This document shows, piece after piece, positions 1 to 12,874 of a DNA stretch of 64,000 nucleotides. A program made the position numbers and the translations under genes. Location of the stretch: assembly GCF_036321535.1 (NCBI RefSeq), contig NC_087437.1:56670001-56734000 (forward strand). Direction: 5' to 3'. The notes below the pieces were generated by a model. That model was not told where the DNA came from. It saw only the letters and a program-made list of their open reading frames with translations, and ran no database searches. The stretch comes from Camelus dromedarius. Its lineage: Eukaryota. Each line of letters starts with the position of its first letter. The first letter of the stretch is position 1.

Positions 1-2319
1 ATTTTGCCAAGTAAAATTCAGGATCATATATGCATTTAGTACTCATTTTTAATTCTTCAAGCAAAGTAATATTGATCAATTTATTGGGATATCTGTGTAA
101 AGGATTTTGTTGAAAACAGTGTAATTCATCAGTGATTTCTCATGTATATAAATTTAACAAAAATGCACATTTTTTTTTCAGAATATTAGACATTTCTTCC
201 TTAGGTAATGGGAACAAAAAGATTTCAGAATTCTCATTGCTCTAGAATTTTTTGAAAAATTTGATTTTTTTCAATCAACTCTTTCCCATAAAGAAAATCA
301 CACACTCACACATTTACAGGCTCAGAGAGGAGATTGCAAATTTAATTTCATACGTAGCATCCTTACCTTGAGGTGAGATTTCTTACCCAGCATCGTACAC
401 TGCTGTTTTGGACATTAATTTCTCATTGCTTGGTAACCTCACTACTACCTAAAACTCTGTTCCACTGGCTCATAAACAATTATATCATCAATCCCCTCTG
501 TGTGTAACGAGAGACCTTAACCACAGAACTGGGAAATAAAAGGAAGAACTATGCCAGAAGCAACAACGGTGCCAGAAACCTGCTTTGCAGTGATTGGCTA
601 AGTGAGGCCAACCAGTTGAGTTTCATTCATCAGACTCGTTGAGTTAACCTACAAGCTTTTTTTTTTTTTTTTCATTTTCTCTATTTTTCTTTTCTGAGGT
701 CTCCTTTGATTTCATGCTGGCTTTTTAAATTGAGGATAAAGTTAATTCACTCAACAATGCCACAGCTGGAACTGAGTATGCCTCTTCTCCTACCGCTGAG
801 GGGAGGGGCCGTGCTGGTTGGTGGTGTCTCATTGGATGCCCAGCACCCTTGAGGGCTGTTGCTGAATCAGTGGTGCCTCTAGCGACAGGCAAGAAGTTAA
901 CTAATTATGAACATATGGTTTGGCAGACACCTTGTTAGCTTGCTGCTGCGTAGGTGTTTGGAAGGAGGTGAAGGGGAAAGTTTGAGGTGGAAGGTGTGGT
1001 TAAAAGTCCCACTGACAAGCCTGGGGGAGATTTGATTGATCCTAATCTATTCTTTTTGTCAGAGATCAGCATGCTTCTGGCAGCAACAGCTTGGTAATAA
1101 CAGAGATTTGTGGCTCCTAAGCTCTTGTGGTGATAGCCAGCACACGACCAGTCAACTGGCTCCTCACAAGGCCCCTATTTAATTGGCCACAATGGTGGGA
1201 ACAGAAATGAGATGTTAGGTCAAGGTACAACACATGGCCTACCTGAAGCGGTTCACAATGATCAGAGGCACAGATGTCATCTTTTATCGGGTGATTGCCA
1301 TCAGAGGAAAAAGAGAAGCCTTGAGAAAAAGGCTGCAGGAAAGCCTTTAGTAAGAACCCTGCAAGTACATTATTCGAATGACCTAGAGGAAAAGGTGGAT
1401 GTATAAAAGGGAGGAAAAATATTAGACTGGGTTTTCATTGGATCTGATGAAGAATGAAGTGGCATTCTATTTAATAGGAAGGAAGGTTTCTTGGGAAATT
1501 AATAGTGGATAGTTTGAAATACTCTTTGAATTTTTTATTTCTGTCAGATAAATTGGAAAATCACACACACACATGCTCCTCGTATTCAGCTGCAACAGCT
1601 TTACCAAATAAATATTTTCCCATCATTTATAAATTTGTGTACAGGGCTTGTACTTGGTGCCCACCACTTGTACCCAAATGTTTACAATGCTGTGGTCTCT
1701 GTACCATAAAATCTTCCACTCAGAATCAGCCACAATCAATAGAGATATCATTGGGTTTTGTTCATTGGCTTTAAGACCTACTGTCTAAGTTTTATCAGCT
1801 TAATCTAAAGCTGAATTTTCTGGATACCAAAAATAAATACTTCCTATCTGTGGAGGACTTGTTTCCCTATCCAGAAAAATTTCCTCTTGAAAGATTTGCT
1901 AAATAGTTTCAATTCTTTGTCAGTTACTGATTTTTCTCATGTTAATTACAGACACTATGGACATTTTATATATCCTTTAAACTAGGATTGGTAAAAATAT
2001 AAAAGTGATTATGTAGCCTCTCTCACTAGATGGTCACCAACAACTTTATAATGTTTGCTGTTCAATTCAGATGGAAGAAATGTTACAGAAACGACCAAGT
2101 GGACTCACCTCAATGTTCTGCCATTACACCGAATACGCATGAGCCGTGCTGTGTGTGAATGAATGTGTGAGTTAATATGATTACTTTTGCTCATTTTTCC
2201 AAGAATGGATTATACAGATTTTCTCTTTTAAGTTAGCTACAACATATTTTTAATCACCCCAAACTACAAATTGCTGAAAATACATCTAGAGGAATCTTGG
2301 AATAACAAAGACAAGAATT

Positions 2320-2550
2320 GGGACAGTGTAGATGATGGAATCTGTGGTTAGTTTTGGGCAAGACTCTGACACTTAACAGCAATGACTTTGGGAAAATGAC
2401 TAATTTCGTTAATTTGAAGTTTCCTCATCCACAAATCGCACCTGACCTACCAGATCTACCGCACAGGATTAGTGAAAGAATGAATCGCATTAACATACAG
2501 AAAGTTTTTTAGCATCGGACCTGGCACAATTGATGTGCTAAATATGTTTG
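2320..2550 (+). mobile_element. MIR SINE remnant
   Basis: TGACTTTGGGAAAATGACT..AGTTTCCTCATCCACAAA..CACAGGATTAGTGAAAG..CCTGGCACA MIR-core-like order. Confidence 0.6.
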
Positions 2551-4284
2551 CTAAAAATGAGACAGAAAAAGACCTATATTGCTCTCATATAGTTCTAGTT
2601 GCCTTTAGGGGGCCTGACACCTCAGGATAAATTTCATAGAAACAGTGAATCCAAACCAAGAAGGTGTGGATCTATCAAGTCTAAAAATAGAACTTACTTC
2701 GGTCTTTAGTTAAAGAAATCACACACAGCAAAAGAGTTCCATAGGGTCTGTTCAGTGAGAACCTGCCTGCCCCGCACTGAGAGGTGACACTGGGAGCTCA
2801 CATGTCAGCACTTTCTCTCCCCAGAGCTTCAATATTTGAAAAACTTCTGCAGTGTGGCCAAAACAGGATGGCTCTCCACCAGAGGCAACCTGTGTTCCAG
2901 GTCTGATTAGCTGACTGGTACCACTCACTCCTGGTGCCCTGCACACAGAGGATGTTATGGATTTGCTGTGTACAAATAATCCTATTTTCCAGACCCTTCA
3001 TTTCAGTGGATGGATGTTTATTGAGCAAATTAGTATTAAGATCAGACTCAAAAGAGTTCTAATTCCTTAGTATTGAACTACTGCTGTATCCACATATTTT
3101 TTGTTTTATTTTGTTATGAATTGTGAGCTAAAAGCAGCTGCAATGTATAATTTTAAGCCCTGGATGCATACTTTGGTCCACTTTCTCTTATTTTCATAAA
3201 CATCCCTCACTTGCCTGCTTCCTGGTACTTTGCTTCATTGTTTAATCTTTTAGAATAAGCCATTTCAATAATTAAGATACTTTATTTTAAAGGGGAAATA
3301 CTATTTGAAACTTGTATGAAGGAAAAGCTTTCTACCGTATTAAGAATGTTTGTGCGTTTTCCATGGAATCATGTGTAATACTTGGTTTATATATTTTGCA
3401 TGTAACAGACAAGTTAAAAATGACCTTTCCTGAGTATTTTGTTTCATGGATTTTTATTCATTTAGACATCTATCTTTTATTTGGCATCTTAGAGTTAGGA
3501 ACAGCTTGTTGCTTTAAGATTTTACCAGGATTTACTTTAAACTAGAAGTGGAAATTTTTAGGACCGAAGACTGTTTATACCAGAGGGCACTGAGACCGTC
3601 TAATTCAACAACATATTTTAATTACTTCATGATTACAGAAGAAAATCAGGCTGATAAGAGCAATATTCAAGTTTATACAACTGAGACCAAAACCCAGACT
3701 GTCTGCCTGTCACGTGGTCCTCATATGAAAAATTCTATTTATGTGTTTACATTTTTATAAGGATTGCTTAGAAATAGTGCAATATTCTTATGAAATATAA
3801 AAATTCAAGTTATTATTGCAGTTTTATCTACAAATATATAAGAGCCTAACTTTGTCTTTATATAAGGAATGTTTTATTGTTTTAATGCTTAGCATGAGGA
3901 GCTATTCTTAAATCAAACTTCCTATATTTATCAATTGTTTCAGAATTACAAGAGTTCTCTGGCTAGTAGAATTTTTTTTATTAAACAGAACTAGGACCCT
4001 CAAGTCATATTTCATAGGATGTTTAAATGAATAAAGTTTTTCTCAACAAAATGTCATTAAAACTCACAAAAAATCATTATATATATTAAAGCCGATGATG
4101 AATATCACATTTATTCAAAACGGCAATATTTTCCACTTTAAGAATTTTCTAGGCTAGCAACGGTTTTAAACTCCTTTGTGAGGGAGACTGGGGTTTCCAT
4201 AATGAAACCGTAAAGATGTAGGGAGGAACAGGGGCGTGACCGAGGTGCAGAGCTTTGAGCGTCTCCATCCACAAAAAGGCTGTG

Positions 4285-4630
4285 TGGTGATTTAAAAATG
4301 TGTCCACAACTTCTCTGACACTCCTCCCTTCAAGAGGGGAAGCTCGATGTCTCTCCCCTTGAGTGTGGCCTGGACTCAGTGACTTGCTTGGGACAACTAG
4401 ACCAAGCAGAAAGTGACCAGGTGGGTCCCTTTGAGGCTACATGGTGGAAGACTATGTGCCTTCTGCTTTGCTCTCTCGCTGAGATCTCTCGTGGCAGAAG
4501 CCAGCCGCCACACGGTGAGGATACAGGCAACCTAGTAGACAGGCTCGTGTGATGAAGAACTGAGGTCTGTGTCAGCAGCCTCATGGAAGCAAATGGACCA
4601 GCCCCAGTCAAGTCCTCAGTGACTGCAGCT
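4285..4630 (+). mobile_element. MaLR LTR 5' part (MLT1F-like)
   Basis: TGTGGTGATTTAAAAATGTGTCCACAACTTCTCTGACACTCCTCCCTTCAAGAGG...CCCCTTGAGTGTGGCCTGGACTCAGTGACTTGCTT. Confidence 0.8.
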
Positions 4631-5741
4631 GTCCCTTGGTTTTAACCAAAGTAGGGCTCCAGGTGCCGTGGTTCTATTGAATATTAATATTTCATGACAA
4701 AAATGCCTCAGAGCTCAAATAAGCATGGGGAAGTTAGAATAACAAACAGAGTTAGGAAGGCTTGTTTCCTGCAGAATTTCAAAAAAGTCTTTAATGTAAC
4801 GTATATACTGTGGCTCCGCGTGATTCAAGACCTAAGAGGAGCAAACAGAAACTTGACTGTTCTCATTAGACCCCAAATCTTGGTAGCAGGCTTTCCTATT
4901 CAAGTCTAAAATTTGTAGACCTGTTTATTAGGAAAGAGCTCTGTATCACTAATTAAGTGGCAAGACATTATTACCAAAGGTTAAATGTTTTAGCCAGATC
5001 AGCCTTCCAAGGTAGGAATGGATTGCATGTGTGCAAGTTCTAGATATAGCTGCTTATTGTAAGATGAATGTTTTAATAATACTTGAGGGTTTTTTTTTTC
5101 TATACTAACACCCTTAAATGTTTCCAAGTAATAAAATCTACTTTGCAATCAACAAACTGAGTTCCAGAAGGGCAGTTAATTGCTCAAGGTAGAAAACTGT
5201 CAATGTGGCACAGTGGGGAATCCAGCGTTCTTTCCACTGCGCCATGCTGCCTCCAGTATGATCCTGGTGTACCCAACTCTATCTGGATTTCTCAGCTTCT
5301 CTCCTTTCTCCAGGTACTCATAGCCTTGGACAGACCTGTCTCCTGTGTCTAATCTCCTATTCTTTCTTCTACCTTTTTCAATGGTGGTCAACAATTTTCC
5401 ATGTTTCAAGAATTTTTCTAACCAGTATTTATTGATCATTTAATACATTTTAAGCACTCTGTTCATTATAATTGCCAATTTATACATGAAGAAACTGAGA
5501 GAGAAGTAATTTCTTCAAGGTCACACAAATTTTGAAGTTATTGGGATTAGAACTTAGATCTTACTCTTGTGTCCATGCTCTTCACCACTATGCATATTTC
5601 CATGACCTGTTTCATTCAAAGTGCTTGCTTCTGCATCTGAATTAATATAACTCATATACTTTCTGTAACATTTGTAGGGACCTAGCAAATAGACCATCTT
5701 TTATTTATTGTCACTTGTGTCCCTTTTTTTGCATGGAAAAT

Positions 5742-5781
5742 TATATATATATATATATATATATGTATATGCATATATATA
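5742..5781. repeat. Interrupted (TA)n microsatellite
   Basis: Direct reading. Confidence 0.9.
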
Positions 5782-7434
5782 GTTTCTTTTTAAGCAGTTA
5801 TGTACAGAAATATATGTCTATATATTTAAGTATTATATATATTAATGTATCACTTTTTAACTACATTATAGACTAATTTAAAAATAGAAATTGTGTCTTG
5901 AGGAGACACCAATGTCTAGCAAATCTAAGTAAGTTGGCTGCTATGCTGTGATGGTGGGTGGTAGAAAAATTATATGCAAAAAGACCCCAAAAACTGCTTT
6001 GATATTTACTAAAGTTTCCACTAAACAACTTTGATAGTTATGCTCAGGGAAAATTGAAACCTTGATTCCTTTGTAATGGGTTCATGACTCTTTATAATCT
6101 AGCTCTAATTTCCTTTTCAAGCCTCAGCTTTGATTTCCATTATTCACAGGCCTTAGCTATTATCTACCCACACTCCCCTAGCCTACCCATGTTCTCCTCT
6201 TCTTTGCCTTTGCAAATGCAGGGTTTTTTTCTTTTTGAGGGTTTAGTTTGTTTGTTTGTTTTTGTTGTGCTTCCTTGCCTGAAAATCTTATACTCATTCT
6301 TTAAAATCTAGATCTGTTTTTCTCTTCTTGGGTAGAGAGCAATTATTCCTTCCTCTCTGATCTCTTCCTGTGAATTTGAAGCAGCGCTTTGTGTTAGTGG
6401 CAAGTGCTTCCACATGTATGTCCCATCACTCAGGTAGGGGCAGACATATTCTATAGTTGATGAGAATGTGATGCTTAAACTTAGAGTCAAATTCTGACTC
6501 TGTCACTGATTATAGGACCTTGGTAAAGTTGTTTAACTTTTCAGTCTCAATCTCCTTCTGCATAAAACAAAGGTATTAATAATCTTACAGGATTCTTGCA
6601 AGGAAGACATGCAGAATGCTATGCATTTATAGGCACTCTGAATTTTATAATACAATGACAATAAAGATATATATATATTTGTATTTCAGTCATTAATATT
6701 GGTATTTGAAGCCTAAAACATGCTGAATAAATTTTTTCAGGATTATATGAAAAAATAAATGCTTGTGTATCTGTGTTACCATTATCCACAAATAAGCTAT
6801 ACAACATGACCATGATGGATTCTTGCAAGATCAAATTGAAAATCATAAGTCTAGCAATAAATTGTCAGCCACTCTGGAAACTGAGGAATACAATTAATAA
6901 ATTATAGAAATTCAGTGTTGAAAGGAACATCAGAGAATCAAGTGACTCAGGTCACTACATCAAATTTGTGTCCAAATCCAGATTTCCTGATTGTTTTGTG
7001 CACAGAATGCTTTTCAAAGTAGGAAGCTATTCAGGCCAGACTGAGGATGAAGAATGGCAGCAATATGGTAGCTGGGCTTCACAGCAAACTAAGATGTAAG
7101 GCTCAGCCACTTATAACCCATATGATGGATTCTTTTAATTAAGAGCGGGGATTTCCTGATTTCTCTTCTTCCTTCTCTCCATTTACCTCCAGGGCTCTTC
7201 TTCAATAAAGAGACTAGGTCTCTTGTTCTCATTTGTCTTCCATCCTAATACTTCTGAGTGTAACAAGTCTATAGAGGATTCTTGGGTCGCCCTGATCAGA
7301 GGATCATTGGATGGGTCTATTCTGGGTGAGTAAGTTGGAACACTTCTTTTGGGAGGTCTGTATCTGTTCTCAGTTTGAAAAGTATATGTTGGCTCTCAGA
7401 TTTCCTAGTAGTTACCAGTATGGAGTAATGGGGA

Positions 7435-7680
7435 GAGACTGTGTAAAGTGCCCAAACTCTAGAGCCAGACCCCCTCAAGCAAAGTCTGTCGCTACCACTC
7501 ACTGACTACAAATCCCTGGATTTATTTCTTAGCTTTTCTTTGTGTCAGTTTTCTTGTTTGTGATGTGGCAATAAGAGTAACATCTAAGTCATAGGTTTGT
7601 TCTGGGAATTAATGAATTCATTCACATAAGATGCTTAGGCTAATTCCTAGTTCACGGTATAAATTCAGCATACATTATGG
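7435..7680 (+). mobile_element. MIR SINE remnant
   Basis: CTCTAGAGCCAGAC..CTACCACTCACTGACT..TGTGTCAGTTTTCTT..CATAGGTTTGTT..ATTAATGA. Confidence 0.6.
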
Positions 7681-8964
7681 TTTTAGTTTGAATTCACAGT
7701 TACTTTGTTGAATAAGGAATTTTTATTTCAAGTTTTAAATTCTTCTTGTTTTCTCCAAGTTTCTAGGGAAGACAGTGGACTAAAAATGCCTTTTTAAAAT
7801 GCTATACATATATATGTTGTCAAAATATTGATTTCCAACATTTCCATGTACATTTCCCAAATAGGAAATATGCCGTCTTGTGTTTCCGGGGCTCTCTATT
7901 CATTTTTCTTTAACCTGTGATTAACAAGTAAGTGCAGGTTTCTAATTTTATAACTTTGGGTTCTTTCACTATTCTTATGCCTTCTTGTTAAATCAGGATG
8001 CGTCTCTAAGTGGGAATTTGGGCACTGAGTCAGCGTGCACTGGGAGACTAATTACTGAATACATGGAACTTCTGTTTGGACTTGGGTCAATATTAGAATT
8101 TTTGAAAAGGAAAGACATTGTCTTGTCTTTGGTTGCAGTAACATCATTTTAACATCTACAGCCTCTTTAGGATTTTACTTCTTAGCCAACAGAAAGATCA
8201 TGATTAATTGTTTCTCTTCCTACCCTATTTACCTCAGTCTCCAAAGAAGTATCTTAGCGACACAGGCCCTAATACTCAGAGACAGTAGGTAAAAAACAGT
8301 TACTCTTATATGAGCTTATGGAGTCCTTGAGGGAAAGGGCCCTTTCCTGTTCACCTTGTGATTGTTTATGATTCGTGCAGTGTCTGGTGTTACGCTGTAT
8401 AAAAAAAACACATGCTGTATAAAAAAACCTTGATTGACTATATTTGTGTTTGAACATGTATCTAACACATAATAGGGCCTCTGTTCTGGAATACTATTGT
8501 CAACTCGGCATTTTCCCTATTCTGATCAAACCATTTTGTTCCTGTCTACAGCAGCCTTATCAAGCCATCTCCACTGTCTTCACACCTCCAACACTCCCCA
8601 CCCCAACACCATTGGCTAATGCACTCCACCTTGACAGTCACAGAAGGAGTATAAATAATCACAGTGGAAATTCCCAGTTTCCTTAATGCTAAACACTAAT
8701 TTACTTGCATTTAATGCTTCCCTGTTTTCCCTTTTCTTGCTTTCATAGAGACTGTCTCTTTTCCTATTTAAGGCTCAGGCCCACAGTTAGATCTCATTGC
8801 ATTATTTCTTCTTCGGAAGCTTGAACTATTAAGTGTTTCAGATGGATTCTTCTTAAGAACTTTTAGAAATGCTGTCTCTTTCATTCAGAAAAAAAAAATA
8901 TTGGGGAGGGCTCTCAAATCCACATTCTTCTCTAATTATTCTCTATATCCTCCCCTTGCTTTAA

Positions 8965-9170
8965 ATTGCTGGGACGAGTGGTGAATGGGGAGTTAGTGCT
9001 CAATGTATATGGAGTTTCAGTTTTGGGAAGATGAAAAAAGGTCTGGAGGTGGATGGTGATGATAGTTGTATAAAAATGTAAATGTATTTAATGGCATGAA
9101 ACTGTGCACTTAAAATGATTACAATGGTAAATTTTGTGTTATGTAGATTTTACCGCAATTTTTTAAAAAG
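8965..9170 (+). mobile_element. L1MB-like 3' end
   Basis: GAGTTTCAGTTTTGGGAAGATGAAAAAAG...CACTTAAAATGATTACAATGGTAAATTTTGTGTTATG is the typical L1MB terminal sequence. Confidence 0.85.
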
Positions 9171-9179
9171 TTGCTTATG

Positions 9180-10050
9180 TTCAGTGTTTCTATATCTTCA
9201 TCTTGCACTAACTCTTCAACCCTCTCTAGTATGGCTTTTGCATCTGTCAGTCTACCGAAACAGCTCCTGCCACTGTAATGAGCAAGTTCCATGTCACTGA
9301 ATTCAATGAACTATTTTCAATCTTTATCTTAATTGACCTCTCAGCAACATTTGTTATCTCTTTTCTTCTTTTTGAAATTTCCTCGTCCCTTGGTTTCTTG
9401 ACTCCACATTGTTAGTTATTTTTCTCCTTCTCAGCCATTCCTTCTCTCCCTTACAAACTCTTTTTCTCTTGTGTCTGCCTATTATATGTTGAGGTTTCTT
9501 AAAATTCAATCCTAGATTTTCTTAATCTTTATTTTCTACCCTTTTCCTAAGTTTTATCATCAATGTTCATGTCTTCAACTACTAACTATATGCAGGTGAG
9601 TATAAATATGTATCTGTATATATGGACATTTTCCTTAGTTGTAGACACAAAAACCTACTGCCTCCTTGCATCCTCAGCTAGGTATCCTCAAGACACTTCA
9701 AGCCCAACATATAAAACAGTGAACTGAGAAATCCACACAGCACCAGTGTGTTCTCACTCAGTCAATGAGTCCATCATCCAGCAAAGTATGAAAGCCAAAA
9801 ACTCGTGACCTGTCTCTCATCTCAATCTTGTTTCCCATATAATATCGACCACCAACTCCTTGTACTTTTATCTCCTAAATCTAACCTCAGATTTATCATA
9901 TGTTTTCACCTCTATCACAACCATCACACTCACCACCACCACCACCAAGCTTTCCCAAACTATGATAATCTCTTAGCTGCCTGTAGATTCAAAACAGGTC
10001 TTCACAATATCCTTGTAGCCCTTCCTCCAATCTTGGTCATTTCTTTATAA
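9180..10050. mobile_element. L2 LINE remnant
   Basis: Pyrimidine-rich degenerate L2 motifs (TCTTTATCTTAATTGACCTCTCAGCAACATTTG, TTCCTCGTCCCTTGGTTTC). Confidence 0.6.
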
Positions 10051-11206
10051 AATGAAGGGGAAAAATTAAAAGCAAACTAATGTGATGAATGCTACTATAG
10101 TAGCATTTAAAAATTCCTACAAGTAACTGCATAGAGAGTTACCCCTTTCTGAAAAATTCAAGAAAGTGTTCACGGAAGAGATGATATTTTATCTGGCGCC
10201 TGAGGTTAAGAAGGAGTTTGCCAAATGGAGGAGGGCAGATGGAATTCTGGTGGAGAGATAAAAACACACATGGAGTCTAGATTTAACACCTTCAGTTGGA
10301 AAAAAAAAAAAGTCTACAAACCTAAAATTTTACCTTAAAAGTAAACAATCATCGATCATTAGATAGTATTGAGAATAACTTTGCAATAAAATATTACCAT
10401 TTATGTTCTTTATAATCCAAAAACTTGTCCCATTTTTCCCTTTCCCGCCAAAGAGGACATTGCCATTAGGGTGACTTGCATCCTGCTGAAAGCAGAATGT
10501 CTGATGTCGAAGGCACAAAGGCATTGTTTAGAGAAGCCTTCTGATTTGGAACAAACTGTCCCAGCAGGGAGATTTTAACCTGCCCTCCCTAACAGGCACA
10601 ACAGCCTGTGTTTGTAAACAGAGCCTTATTGCACTAGTGAGAGCGGACACAGAACAGTGTCAGCTCATTAATTGGGTGTCAGCTCCCTGCCGGGAAGAAG
10701 GCTTAATGAGTCATCTCATCATAAAGAACCAGAGCTCAAGGGAGGGGCGAATGGCTTAGAGAAAGGGAGAAAGATTTGTCCAGCAATAACTACATGTATA
10801 GAAAAGCTCGAGGCCCACCTGTTGGGATAAAGGGAGAGCAGCATTTGGGAACGGGTGGTTTCCCTATATTCTGCTATTCAAAGGGAAACCTGAGTTTATG
10901 AACTTATACATGCAGCAATTACCAGTGTGTACACTCATGATTATTGTGAATAAAATAAATTGAAATTATTCAAAACATATCTTTGTATAAAATGTCTGAA
11001 GTTTTCTTTTGCTCAAAACATAAGTCTTCTTCTCGCTTCCCACACAAAAATCTTCTAAAACAAAGCACATGCTGATCGATGCTTGTATTGAAACTCTAAT
11101 ATGTTCCTGATGCCAACAGCAAATGGTACAGAAAGATGTCAAATGTGTGTTGTTTCATAGTCATCAGATATTTTAAAACTTTTTGAAGAAACTATGTTTT
11201 TAATAT

Positions 11207-11408
11207 AAAATATAGAATAGATAAACAATATTATACTGTATAGCACAGGGAAGTATATACAAGATCTTGTGGTAGCTCGCAGCAAAAAAAAATGTGACAA
11301 TGAATATATGTATGTTCACGTGTAACAGAAAAATTGTGCTCTACACTGGAATTTGACACAATATTGTAAAAAGACTATAACTCAATAAAAAAAATGTTAA
11401 AAAAAAAA
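11207..11408 (+). mobile_element. 5'-truncated L1 3' end, same young subfamily as 40182-40533
   Basis: Shares ACACTGGAATTTGACACAA and AATAAAAAA(A)ATGTTAAAAAAA with the reverse complement of 40182-40340; AATAAA and A tail. Confidence 0.88.
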
Positions 11409-11945
11409 CCTTTCCTTTCTGATTCCTTATTTTCTAATTAATCCCAATATTCTCATAAAAAGGTATGCTAGGTTTTCACATAATGCTGCAGGCACATACG
11501 TGGTATTAGTTCATTATTAGAACATAATGTTCTTCTACCTTGGGCAATGGTCTTATTGATTTGTGAGATCATTCACTATTAAAAATGTTAATCTATTTTT
11601 ATGTATCTTTGACATTTCTATATTTTTCTTTTACTCATGGTATCTTTGCCATGAGTTTGATTAATAAATTTTATTTTAAACATTTTTTCTCATTTCACTG
11701 CTTTTCTCATTCCCAGAAGAATCTCAAAATCTCCACTGTAATTGATTTCTCAGCCTAAGTGGCTTTTCCAGAATGTTTCCCCTCATATCAAATCACCAAG
11801 TATTCTTTCTCTCATCTTCATTCTACCCCCAACACCATACATGTTTCAACAGTTAAATGTGTCATGTGTTTTGCTGAGAAAATCAGGGAGATTTAATTAT
11901 CCATCACTTTCATAGATCTGAGATCTCTCTAAAATTAATCTATTT

Positions 11946-12468
11946 TGTGATTTTAAAACATGGCTTCAAATGCTCTCTCTTCTTATAGCCAGATATGGAT
12001 CTATGTTTCCTCCCCTTAAATCAGGAAGGCCTTGTGACTGCTTTGACAAACTGGAGGAAATGGTGCTATGTACAGGCTGAATTTTAAAAAGCCATGAAAA
12101 CTCCATCTTGATCACTGAAACACTCCCTCTTGGACCTGAGCTGCAATGTAGGAAATCCAACTACATTGAGGCCACCATCCTGGACAGGTCGTATAGAGAG
12201 GCCACACGGAGAGACTCAGACTGTATGGAGGGAGGAAGCCATCTGAGTCGATTCTGTCCAGGCACCAGACATGTGAGTGAAAAAGCCTCCAGGTGATTCC
12301 ACACCTCAGCTGTTCAAACCTTCCCAGCTGAGGCACCAGACATTGTGGAACACAAAGACAAGCCATGCTTTCTGAACCCTGCCTTAATTTCTTACCCAGA
12401 ATCTGTAAGTGTAATAAAATAATTTTGTATGGGGAGTTGTGTGTTTAGCATCAATAAAAAACCAGTCA
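11946..12468 (+). mobile_element. MaLR LTR (MLT1G/H-like)
   Basis: TCTATGTTTCCTCCCCTTAAATCAGG..CTTGTGACTGCTTTGAC; CTTCCCAGCTGAGGCACCAGACATTGTGGA; AATAAA near 3' end. Confidence 0.75.
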
Positions 12469-12874
12469 TCTATCTACCAGGAAGCCTTCTTTCAATCAAC
12501 CTTACTGACTTGACTTTCTCAGACGCCTTCCTCTAATGCTTCTTGTTTTGCCAGTTGCTTTATAAAAGGTTTTTCTCTCTGCTTTGGATTCACCATCTTT
12601 TTTCCGACCTCCCTTTCTATTTCCCACAAACCCCAAACTGAACAAAGGCATCTCACTTTAGCTCTCATAATTCTTATGAAAACCTTATTGCACTATAGTA
12701 AAAGCATATGTTTTCTTTATTCAACAATTTCTTTTGCTTCAAAGATAGAGAGCATGTGGTTTTCAGGTTTGTAGTTTCAGTGCCTAGACTGTGCTTTGCA
12801 AGCACGGCAGCATTCAATTAATATTTGAAGAAGGAGAGTCCACCTATCTTTATACTGTCCATCCTAAAAAAAAA

